A stretch of 64,000 nucleotides of DNA from Octopus vulgaris (taxonomy: Eukaryota): assembly GCA_951406725.2 (NCBI GenBank), contig OX597823.1, positions 22,630,001 through 22,694,000 on the forward strand. The letters are read 5' to 3'. Of this stretch, positions 1 through 10,735 are shown one piece after another. The position numbers and the translations under genes were made by a program. The notes below the pieces were generated by a model that saw nothing but the letters and a program-made list of their open reading frames with translations, did not search any database and was not told where the DNA came from. Positions within the stretch are counted from its first letter, which is position 1. Each line of letters opens with the position of its first letter.

Positions 1-284
1 TTTACTTTTAAAGGTAAACGATTCTCATAGGAGCAAGCACGATATTGCTAAGCTCTGTATTTTTCCAAGTAGATTGACAAAAAAAAAATCGAAAAAAGTT
101 AAAAGTTTAAAAATTTGGGTGAGGAGTGGGAATTAAAAATTTTTTAAACTTGATTTTTTGGATGTTCGGAATCTCCATCATCGAAAACCTAAGAATCGAC
201 TGAGAAAAAAAGATTTCCGAAAGCTCGTATTTTTCTTTTTTTTTTTTTTTTTGGTGGGGAGAGGTGACTCGTCCAGCTCCACCT

Positions 285-411
285 TTTATTGAGCCCGTAA
301 GGACGAAAGGCAAAATCGACCTCGAAAGAATTTGAGCTCAGAACAAAAAGACGGACGGAACACCGCTAAGCATTTTGCTTGGTGGCCTAATGACTCTACA
401 AGCTAACTGCC
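285..411 (-). mobile_element. tRNA-derived SINE, family A, 5' part (degraded)
   Basis: Aligns with the better-preserved copies at 432-638 and 14448-14665 (AAAGGCAAAATCGACCTCG...ATTTGAGCTCAGAAC...CCGCTAAGCATTTTG). Confidence 0.7.
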
Positions 412-431
412 TTTTTAAAAGTTAAATAGTC

Positions 432-638
432 CTTTCTATTATAGGTACAATGCCTGAAATTTTGAAGGAGTGGGGCTGGGTGGGGGCTAGTCGATTACAT
501 CGATCCCAGTGCGAAACTGGTACTTATTTCATCGACCCCGAAAGGATAGGCTGAATTTGAACTCAGAAAGTAAAAACGGACAAAATGCCATTTAGTAATT
601 TTTGTTCAGCGTGCTAACGATTCTGCCAGCTCGCCGCT
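432..638 (-). mobile_element. tRNA-derived SINE, family A
   Basis: Minus strand begins GCGGCGAGCTGGCAGAATCGTTAGCACG (A-box-like) and has CTGAGTTCAAATTC (B-box-like); body shared with 10524-10735 and 14448-14665. Confidence 0.85.
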
Positions 639-1152
639 TTAACTAATTAATTAATTAATTAAATTAATAATAATCATAATCCATTAAAAAGTTAATGACA
701 AGAGCGAAATAAACTGTTGGCGCGAAATGAATATCTCCAGAAATAACTGAGAAAAAACAGCTCATTTGGAAGACAGGAAGCAGAAATATTAAAAACAAAC
801 ATTAATAAGAAACATGGCGTCCGAAAGAGATAAAACTCAATAAAATGAAATGGGTTTTAAGATGAGTGGCGTGTATCTAAAGACAACAGCATTTACCTGA
901 GAGAGAAAATAGGATTTGTGGTCAATACTTCAAACTTTAGACATTGGTATCACTTGCTATGAAGTCCATTAATTCGAGTAACACTGAAATTGAATCAAAT
1001 TACACTTATCTCTATAGACCTTTTGCGCAGGTGCAAACTGTATGTGTGCATGTATCTATGTTAGCGCGTATATGTATGATTGTGTGTGGATATATGCATG
1101 TGTATATATGATTGCTAGCTATCTAGAAAGATAAATAGATTGATATTAATGT

Positions 1153-1183
<31 letters not shown>

Positions 1184-1560
1184 GCTGTGTGCGTGTGTAC
1201 TTATATGTTTATAATATATCTGTGTGTATGTATGTATGTATGTGTATATAATTCTATGTATATTCGGACAGATAAATAAATAGAGAGAGAGGGAGAGAAG
1301 GAAAGATTGAGAGGGGAGGAGAGAGACGCTGAGCTGAAAGATCAAGAGTTCAAAAGATGGTCCAATAGAAATTGTTTCAATGTTGAAGCATGCAATGTAC
1401 ATTACATTTTACTGAAGCTGTTCACACAATTACTCACACACACACAAACATGAACACACTCATATATTCATTGGGCATACTTGTGTGAATATGTAAATCT
1501 ATGTATGCAATGCATGTATATATATATATATATATATACGTGCGCGCGCGCAAACAGTAT

Positions 1561-1964
1561 ACTCTTTTACTTGTTTCAGTGATTTGACTGCCGCCATGCT
1601 GGAGCACCGCCTTTAGTCGAGAAAATCGACCCCAGGACTTATTCTTTGGAAGCTTAGTACTTATTCTATCGGTCTCTTTTGCCGAACCGCTAAGTTACGG
1701 GGATGTAAACACATCACCATAGGTTGTCAAGCAATGTTGAGAGGACAAACACAGACACACAAACATATACACACACATACATATAAATATATATATACAT
1801 ATTTACGGCGGGCTTCTTTCAGTTTCCGTCTACCAAATCCACTCACAAGGATTTGGTCGGCCCGAGGCTATAGTAGAAGACACTTGCCCAAGGTGTCACG
1901 CAGTGGGAATGAACCCGGAACCATGTAGTTGGTAAGCAAGCTACTTACCACACAGCCACTCCTG
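1561..1964 (-). mobile_element. tRNA-derived CORE-type SINE, family B, full length
   Basis: Minus strand: CAGGAGTGGCTGTGTGGTAAG (A box), CCGGGTTCATTCCC (B box), CORE-like GACACCTTGGGCAAGTG, internal (TA/TG)n, 3' tail GCTCCAGCATGG...CTGAAACAAGTAAAAGAG; multiple copies in window. Confidence 0.9.
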
Positions 1965-2020
1965 TTTTTATATATATTTATAGAATATATAAATGTATAT
2001 ATGTGTGCGTATGTGTGTGC

Positions 2021-2068
<48 letters not shown>

Positions 2069-2496
2069 ACGTGCGCGTTTGTGTGCGAATAAAGATAAAC
2101 AAAGAATTATATATTGCAGGAATTCATTTATATGAGATGTTATTTATACATATTCCAGGATGAAAATATTTCTTTACAGCTGTTTCAAAAATGCGGTGTA
2201 TGGTTGATATTATAATGCATATTATACCATAATTATGCAATATTATGTATTGCATGTAAGCAAAAGTATTATTAACTTGCATGAAGCTTAATATGTGAGT
2301 ATCTTCGTGCGGGAATATCCGAACATTCTCTTCAAAAGGATGATTGACCATCTTTCCTCTTATTTCTCGCTCGAAATTTGTACTTGTCACAGCAAACTCT
2401 CATTCTGCCACGCTACTTTAAGAAGCTGAAATTAATGAATCTGATCACAAGAATTCGGTGTTTATCCTACACTTGCACAAGCATTCTCTTTCCCTC

Positions 2497-2595
<99 letters not shown>

Positions 2596-2723
2596 TTGTT
2601 GACGTCATAAGAATTTCATAAACCTTCCAGAGAATGTGAGCTAAATATGTTTTGTTATAACTCGAAGCACACACATAAAACTATAAATAATCGCATGTCA
2701 GCATGCAAAGATTTATAGTTTTA

Positions 2724-2960
2724 CTAGCGGGACCCGTGAATATTTTACGGAATTAATGGTAAGCCTATTGGGTTATTTCTGAAAACTTTATCCAAAAAAC
2801 CTGGAATTAATGGTAAGCCTATTGGGTTATTTTTGAAAACTTTATCCAAAAAACCTGGAATTAATGGTAAGCCTATTGGGTTATTTTTGAAAACTTTATC
2901 CAAAAAACCTGAAAGCGTAACCCGTGTTGTGTCAGTACGAAAAGATAGTCGCTCATTTGT
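2724..2960 (-). mobile_element. Putative Helitron 3' end carrying a 54-bp x3 tandem repeat (2749-2910)
   Basis: Minus strand ends CCGTAAAATATTCACGG (hairpin)-GTCCCG-CTAG|T; three near-identical 54-bp units follow; 5' end not identified. Confidence 0.5.
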
Positions 2961-3041
2961 TACTCATTGAAAAGTGAAAGGAACTGGAATACGATGATTG
3001 GAATATGTTGATTGCTTAATATACTTTACATATATACTTGA

Positions 3042-3436
3042 CTAGCAGTATCGCCCGGCGTTGCTCGGGTTTGTAAGGGAAATAACTATATAAGCATTTT
3101 TAGAGATGTAAAGTATAATAGCCATCTCAATATGGCTAACCACAAAGGGGGGTGTTACTGTAGCTTTTTACGTTCTGAGATTTAATAATAAATTTTTAGA
3201 GAGTTACTTCCCTTATATATGCCAAAAATGCATTAAAAATGGGAAAAATTGATGGTAAATTCTTTTTAAAATCGTAGACTCATCGTAGACGCGCGCTAAT
3301 ACCCAGAAGGGCTCGATATGAATCACGACTATAAGATACCCGGTTTTGGTTAAACTGCACCGCAAAATGTGGGAGTAGTTAGGAATCTAAATCGTAGGAG
3401 ACAGACAGTACACAACCTTACTTTTATATATAAAGA
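3042..3436 (-). mobile_element. Non-autonomous Helitron, copy 1 of tandem dimer
   Basis: Minus strand 5'-TC...CCCGAGCAACGCCGGG hairpin-CGATACTG-CTAG-3' followed by T; same family as 30752-31147. Confidence 0.88.
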
Positions 3437-3947
3437 CTAGCAGTATCGCCCGGCGTTGCTCGGGTTTGTAAGGGAAATAACTATATAAGCATTTTTAGAG
3501 AGTTACTTCCCTTATAGATGCCAATTCGGGCTTTCTTATCCATTTCTGTTTTGGTGTCTTCAAGCCATGAAGTCGTTGTTCTAAAAGAACGCTGGTCTCC
3601 TTGACAACGCTTTACGACGTTGATTTCCTTACACTCCCTTCCCCACAGCTTCACGAGGGAGGGAAGAAGGGGGAGAAGCAAACAGGTGCAGGTGTGACCA
3701 TGGACGCCAACTCCGCCGCCATCGACACACGAAAAATTATGCATTAAAATGGAATAAAAAATGATGTTAAATTATTTTTAAAATCGTAGACTGATCGTAG
3801 ACGCGCGCTAATACTCAGACGGGCTCGATATGAATCACGACTATAAGATACCCGAATTTGGTTAAACTGCACCGCAAAATGTGGGAGTAGTTAGGAATCT
3901 AAATCGAAGGGGACAGACACTCACACAACTAGTTTTATATATATAGA
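3437..3947 (-). mobile_element. Non-autonomous Helitron, copy 2 of tandem dimer (with ~220-bp extra internal segment)
   Basis: A|TC start at 3947, same hairpin+CTAG end at 3437, joined directly to the TC of copy 1. Confidence 0.88.
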
Positions 3948-4261
3948 TATACTTTATGCACAATTTTATAGACTTAATACATAGCACTCATAAAATAAAT
4001 ATTCACTCTTATATTTCCATTTTTCCCATAGCTAAAAACGTCACGTACATATGATACAACCATCAGTTAAATTGCATATATCTGCAACGTAGATAAGCGT
4101 GAATATTTCACTGAATTGGACTTATGCCCATGCGTTAAGGGATAAGTGATATAAGAAAACTTTGTTCAAAGCTTAAAACATACACTTTTTACTATTCAAT
4201 CAACACCGCCACCTCCACCTCTGTCACCACCACCACCACCACCATCATCATCATCACTCCC

Positions 4262-4294
<33 letters not shown>

Positions 4295-4372
4295 CCCCTC
4301 CCCCTCTCTCTGCCTTTGGATCTATTCCATCTCAATTACATATTTTTTACTTAATTATGTTTAACTAAACAG

Positions 4373-5162
4373 TTTGAAACTTCGAATACTTGTATAATTT
4401 CTCATGTAGAACACGGTTTACTCTGAACATTTTTGACAAAATTTCGCATTTTAGAAGTTATTTCGTGTTCAAGTTGTCGTATTTCGGTAATTTCAACCAA
4501 TCAACGACGTGTATTCGGTTGAAGAAAGCTACTGCTGTTTGCAACAGTAATCGAAGAGGAACAACTTCCGGGTCATCTCTACTAAATGTCACCACTCTGT
4601 TCTATTCGTACGGCGAGCGAAGACGATGTCACGTTTATCCTTTCTTCCTACACTATCAACAAGCAACCAGCGAGCCAACTTGTCACTGTCACTTTAATTA
4701 CCGTATTTTCCGGTGTACAAACCGCTATTTGTTTTGTTTTACCTTCATGTTTTGAAAATGTTATTTTTTATTTTTATCTAATAAAGACTTTTATATTGAC
4801 GAAATGTGTTTGTTGCTGATTATAGTAAGATAAAATCATGTCAATAACAATACATCTTATAGTTGTAAAATAAAGCATTTTGAAACTACATACACGTCAA
4901 CAACAAAAAAAGCTCGCTGCGGACTTGTTGCTCTATGGTGTTGATTCTTCGAACAGAGTGGTAGAGATAACCCGGAAGTTGTTCCTCTTCGATTACTATC
5001 GCAAACAGCAGTAGCTTTCTTCAACCGAATACACGTCATTGATTTTACCGAAATACGACAACTTTAACACGAAATAACTTCTAAAATATGAAATTTTGTC
5101 AAGAACGTTCAGAGTAAACAGCGTTCTACGTGAAAAATTCTACCAGTATTCGAAGTTTCAAA
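4373..5162. mobile_element. Foldback/MITE with ~200-bp inverted repeats
   Basis: 4373-4583 is the reverse complement (with some mismatches) of 4960-5162; non-coding AT-rich centre; related to 11218-11656. Confidence 0.8.
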
Positions 5163-5510
5163 AAGTCTATGATTGAGTTGGGATCCCCGCCTTTCTTTAA
5201 TCTCACCATCAGAACATCACCCTTCTCCTAAAATTATATTTCTTACCCTCTGTATCATCACTACCTTCAACTAACTTTTTCAACCACGTAATAAATATTA
5301 CGTTACCCCTACCTCACATCATGGACGCTTGTCTTTCCCTCTTTTTCTCCCCCTATCTTTTCTATCTCCCTCTTTTTCTCTCTCCCTCTTATCTTTCTCC
5401 CTCTTCTCTAATCACATGAAAGCGCTATCGACGGGCTAAGTAACGGAATGACAAGTAGAATTATTATAAGATGCTTGTTCTTCGAGATATTCCTAAAGAG
5501 AATATATAGA

Positions 5511-5661
5511 CACAGGTGTGGCTGTGTGGGAAGAAGTTTGCCTCCCAACCGCATGGTTCGGGGTTCAGTTCTACTGCGTTACCCGTTGGGCAAGTCTCCT
5601 CCTTGAGCCGACCAAAACCTTGTAAGTGGTTTTGGTAGATGGAAACTGAAAGAAACCCGTC
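5511..5661 (+). mobile_element. SINE family B, 5' half
   Basis: CAGGTGTGGCTGTGTGG...GGGTTCAGTTC...TTGGGCAAGT...GGAAACTGAAAGAAACCCGTC, running into a compound microsatellite. Confidence 0.85.
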
Positions 5662-5683
5662 ATATATATATGTATATATATAT

Positions 5684-5741
<58 letters not shown>

Positions 5742-5799
5742 TACATGTGTATATATATATATATGTGTGTGTGTGTGTATACATACATACATACATACA

Positions 5800-5831
<32 letters not shown>

Positions 5832-5860
5832 GACAGACAGACAGATAGATAGATATAGAT

Positions 5861-6242
5861 ACAGGCGTATCTGTGTGGTAAGAAGCTTGCTTCCTAACCA
5901 CATGGGTCCAGGTTCAGCCCCACTTCCTAGCATCTATAGCTTCGGTCCGATCAAAGCCTTGTGAGTGGATTTGGTAAGCGGAAACTGAAAGAAGCCCGTG
6001 TATATGTGTGTGTGTGTATTTATGTGTGTCATTGTGTCTGTGTTTGTCCTCCGCCTCAACGTTTGATAATAGTTGTTGATGTGTTTACGTCCCCGTAACT
6101 TAGCGGTTCAGCCAAAATGATTGATACGATTAGTACTAGGCTTAAGAAAAAAATTCATAGAGTCGATTTGTTCGATTAAAGCACTCCAAGGTGGTGCTCC
6201 AGCATGGCCACACTCACATGACTGAAGCAAGTAAAAGAATAA
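5861..6242 (+). mobile_element. SINE family B, near full length
   Basis: Same head, CCCCGTAACTTAGCGGTTC body and GCTCCAGCATGGCC...AAGTAAAAGAATAA tail as 1561-1964. Confidence 0.85.
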
Positions 6243-6699
6243 CACAATATATTAGGTGTGGTTTATGTATGATAGAGAAGGTTATATGATGACGTCTACT
6301 CCCACCATATAACTGCTGACATACAGTAAGCAATTTTCCTGAGTTTGTGCTAAGAATCTGTGATATTTTGGCGTCTTGTAAATATTTTATTAAATAACAG
6401 TGATTGTGTCTAACAGACTTATTCTTATCCGGTTCCTTGATCGATGGCGCTTGGTCCACCATCCGTCATACGGCAGCATTTGACTCAGGTCAGCGGGGTT
6501 TTTGATATATATATATTTAAAAAAAAGTAAAAGAAGTGGATCTTGATATACTGGTAAATAGGTTAAGTTAAAAGTACACGTCTCTGGGAATATTCAGCTA
6601 CTAACAAGCTAAAACAATAGTTATGTTTGATCAGGCAACTAGAACGTTCATCGTTGAAACCAGCAGACATCCAGGAAGACTGTGTGAGCGCCTGTACAT

Positions 6700-7105
6700 A
6701 CGCATACGTACAAATATACATACATAAATACATGCATCTATATGTATATATATATATTCATGTATCTATATGTGTGTGTGTGTATAGATATATATATATA
6801 TGTATATATATGTGTGTATATATAGATATATAATATACACACACATATATATATATATACACACATATATACACGAATTTATCTCTCTATATATACATAC
6901 AAATATACATACATGCATCCATATGTATATATATATATATATTCATGTATCTATATATGTGTGTGTATAGATATATGTATATATATATATATATGTGTGT
7001 ATATATAGATATATAATATACACACACACATATATATATACACACATATATACACGAATATATCTCTCTATATATACATACAAATATACATACATACATG
7101 CATCC

Positions 7106-7158
<53 letters not shown>

Positions 7159-7240
7159 TGTATCTATATATGTGTGTGTGTGTATAGATAATTGTATATA
7201 TAAATATATGTGTATATATAGATATATAATATACACACAG

Positions 7241-7281
<41 letters not shown>

Positions 7282-7345
7282 TACACGAATATATCTCTCT
7301 ATATATGTATATATATATGTGTATATATATATATATATATATACG
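6700..7345. repeat. Higher-order tandem repeat (~3 x 180-230 bp) built from microsatellites
   Basis: Landmarks TACAAATATACATAC, CATGCATC, ATTCATGTATCTATA, ACACGAAT(T/A)TATCTCTC recur three times in the same order. Confidence 0.8.
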
Positions 7346-7859
7346 TATGCTTGTGTGTGGTAGGGAGAGGGGTTATTCAGAAGTCAAAGATTAAGAGTGC
7401 AACTGGGAACGTTCCAGAAGGGATCAAGTAAAGATTGTTTCAATGTACAAACATGCAATGCACATTTCTTTCCGTTGAAGCTCTTCAAACAATCACACTA
7501 TCACACTCATCGATACACACACATATATATTCATACGTATACATAAGCGTGCGTGTGTCCTTGTGTGTACGTACTTTTGAGCTTGTGTCTATGTGTGTGT
7601 ATATGTGTGTGTGTGTGTGTTCTAAAATAGTTATTTTAAAGTACTTTTAGCAATAACGACACAATATTTGCTGACTGTGTGTCACTCTTTATTGAAAGCG
7701 GAATCAAATTCATTGTCAAGATCTGGTTGAAAGGCAAAACTTCTTTTACGTTCTACGCAAAACTTGATCTTCACAATATATTTGAGTATGTGTGCGCATG
7801 CGCAATGTGTGTGTACGTTTTCTGTGTGTACATATGTGTACACATATGTAAATTTTATA

Positions 7860-7975
7860 TTCTTTTACTTGTTTCAGTTATTTGACTGCACCCATGCTGG
7901 AGCACTGCCTTTAGTCTAACAAATCGATCTCATGACTTATTCTTTATAAGCCTAGTATTTATTCTATCGGTCTAT
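7860..7975 (-). mobile_element. SINE family B, 3' tail fragment
   Basis: TCTTTTACTTGTTTCAG...CCATGCTGGAGCAC...AGCCTAGTA matches 1561-1680. Confidence 0.8.
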
Positions 7976-7979
7976 TTTT

Positions 7980-8023
<44 letters not shown>

Positions 8024-8167
8024 GCATACATACATGCATGCATACATACATACATACATACATACATGCATGCATACATACATACATACATACATACATA
8101 CATACATACATACATACATACATACATACATACATACATACATGCATGCATACACACAGACATTATA

Positions 8168-8640
8168 TATATATGCATATATGGGTACAGGACGTCTCAT
8201 CAACTGTGTAAATAACATGAAATACGTAAACAAACGAGTTAAATACACAAACAACGAAAGAAAAAAGGGAGAACAGGACAAATAAACACAGAGAAACTAC
8301 TCTTCATCAGTTGTCGACAATCTATCTACTCCTCATTTCGAGCATTCAGCGATAATATGAGTCTTCTAAGACAGTTGCTCCAATAAATTCTAAAATCAAA
8401 TTTAGGATTTATGGAGGGTCAAAATTGGGAACAAAAACAGAAGAGTGGAGACATACAATGAAATCGAATGAAAGCAAACATGAAGGATCGTTAGACCAGA
8501 ACGAGAGGAAAATAGTGAACGCTGGGAGAAATATTTTCTATGAGAAAAGAGAGAAGTGTGAGAAAAGAAAAGTCCAATCCTTTGAACGTCCGTGCAGGAA
8601 AAGAAATATGGTCACGCGAGGAAAAGAACAATGGTCACGT
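8168..8640 (-). mobile_element. Short non-coding repeat, putative PLE-associated element
   Basis: Shares ATGCATATATGGGTACAGGAC...AACAACGAAA...ACAGGACAAATAA...CTTC(A/T)TCAGT...ATCTACTC...TTTCGA with 9079-9356; minus strand contains GAAA...CTGATGA hammerhead-like boxes. Extent beyond ~8350 uncertain. Confidence 0.5.
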
Positions 8641-8740
8641 GTGTGCAATGAGAGAGAGAGAGAGAAAGAGAAAGAGGTAGAGAGAAAGGGAGACAGATAG
8701 AAAACGGTGAAGAAGGAATTAAAGAAGGATGGAGGAAGAA

Positions 8741-8804
<64 letters not shown>

Positions 8805-8814
8805 CCTCCTGGCT

Positions 8815-8922
8815 TCTTTGCCGATGGGACGAGCCAGTGGTAGATTGTCTTGATTAAATTAAATTTAATTTAATTAGGCTGGTTTACCAAAAAGTACGTC
8901 GAAACAATGCATTGTCCAAAGA
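8815..8922 (+). ncRNA. Type I hammerhead-ribozyme-like fold with variant core
   Basis: Stem I TCTTTG(8815-20)/CAAAGA(8917-22); core CCGATGG (canonical CUGANGA); stem II GACG/CGTC enclosing ~65 nt; GAAA; stem III CAA-TGCA-TTG; cleavage triplet GTC (8914-16). Confidence 0.65.
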
Positions 8923-9078
8923 TGATTAGGGTAAATGTTTTTAATTTTCCTTTGATTTCTGAATTACTACTATTTAGCGGTTTGAGTATAGCTGCTCGTT
9001 TTATTGTTGTATATATATATATATATATATATAGAACAATCTTACTTAGAAATGGATGCGTGCGTTCTGTCATATAAT

Positions 9079-9495
9079 AAATTAATAAATAAAACATATG
9101 CATATATACATACATGTATGTACGTACTACCTCTCCATGTATTTATACATGCATATATGGGTACAGGACACCAAAAAAACGTCGAACACAATGAGAAACG
9201 AAAAGATAAACACAAAACCAAGGAACTGGACATTTTTCTTAAACAACGAAAAAATAGAGTACAGGACAAATAACACAAGGAAAATTCCCCTTCTTCAGTC
9301 GCCATGGTTTCATCTACTCTGCGTTTCGAAGGTGAAGGCGATACGCATTTTCGCATCTTGTGTTTATGTTTTCGTTTCTGATTGTGTTCGGCGTTTTTTT
9401 GGTGTCCTGTACCCATATATGCATGTATATATACATATAGAGGTAGGTACGTACATACATGTATGTATATATGCATATGTTTTATTTATTAATTT
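9079..9495. mobile_element. Inverted-end element (arms 9079-9216 and 9357-9495), putative non-autonomous PLE derivative
   Basis: ~138-bp arms are reverse complements; centre carries (minus) TTCGAAACGCAGAGTA...GACTGAAGAAG; right end abuts (TA)n. Confidence 0.65.
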
Positions 9496-9530
9496 ATATA
9501 TATAGATAGATAGATGTATATACATGTATA

Positions 9531-9688
9531 TGACGAGTTTCTTTCAATTTACGTCTACCAAATCCACTCATAAGGCTTTGGTCGGCCCGAGGCTGCAGTA
9601 GAAGACGCTTGTCCAAGGTGTTATGCAGTGGCACTGAACACAGAATTATGTGGTTGGGAAGCAAGCTTCTTGCTACACAGCCAAGCCT
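9531..9688 (-). mobile_element. SINE family B, 5' half
   Basis: CTACCAAATCCACTCA...GGTCGGCCCGAGGCT...CCAAGGTG...CACAGCCA matches 1805-1964. Confidence 0.85.
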
Positions 9689-10143
9689 ATATGTGTGTGT
9701 GTCTGTGTGTGAATATATAAAAGCATATTCATGAAAATACACACACGCGCACACACACAGACAGACAGACAGACAGGGTTGTTTGGTGTACCAAACCTAC
9801 CTAAAAAAAACAATTTTGATGAAATTATCTGGTTGAGATAAACCTTACTTTATTTTGATGAAAATTTCGCATTTTCCTGGCACCATTCTTCTATTCTGTA
9901 CTCCCTCCCCAACCAATCCCGTCTCCTGTTAACACACAGCACCCACCATTATTCCAAAGCCACTCGCCCATTCTTCTATTTCAATTCATGTACTTTGTAT
10001 CAAAATATCTTTCTCTTCTTCCCCCTCCCCCTCTCTCTCCTTCTTTCTTTTTTTTCCTTCGTGCCTTTCTTATTTATTTTAACTTTAATGTGTTTTTTAT
10101 TCTTGCGTTTTTATATCTTTCTATCTGTATCTTCACATATTTC

Positions 10144-10145
<2 letters not shown>

Positions 10146-10198
<53 letters not shown>

Positions 10199-10436
10199 CA
10201 TTGTGTACAGTTCTCAAGTGCACTACAACTCATCTAAAGTGTATATATAATCAGGTGTAGTTTCGGCAGATTTCGGAAAGCATGAGGGCCTTAAAGGATG
10301 CAGTGTCATGGCAGTCAACAACTGACGCAGGCAGTTTATTCCATGCTTCAGCAACTCTGAGCGTGAAAAAATGTTTCCGAAAGTCATGGGAGCTGTGTTG
10401 TTTTCTGACTTTGTAGGCATGTCCACGTGTGTTAGA
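10146..10436 (-). mobile_element. 5'-truncated CR1/L2-clade LINE 3' end with (ATT)n tail
   Basis: Translates TRGHAYKVRKQHSSHDFRKHFFTLRVAEAWNKLPASVVDCHDTASFK, the typical CR1 ORF2 C-terminus; ends in the (AAT)n array at 10146-10194. Confidence 0.85.
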
Positions 10437-10523
10437 CACATGGAGATATAACTGTGTATGCGTGTGCATATTTTATGTATGTCCACACACATACACACAC
10501 ACATACACATACAAAGTTGCCAA

Positions 10524-10735
10524 CTGGCTGCTTTGGCAGAATCGTTAGCACGTTGGGAAATATTCTTGACTGCATTTCGTCCGTCTTTACGTTCTGAGTT
10601 CAAATTCCACCGAAGTCGACTATGTTTTTCGGGGTCGGTAAAATAAGTACCAGGTGAGAACTGGACTCGATGTAATCGACTTTTCTATCCAACTAAAATA
10701 TTTCAAGTTTTGTGCCGATAGCCAAAAGGTGCATC
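10524..10735 (+). mobile_element. SINE family A
   Basis: TGGCAGAATCGTTAGCACG...CTGAGTTCAAATTCC...GGGGTCG...AAGTACCAG...GATGTAATCGACT. Confidence 0.85.
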
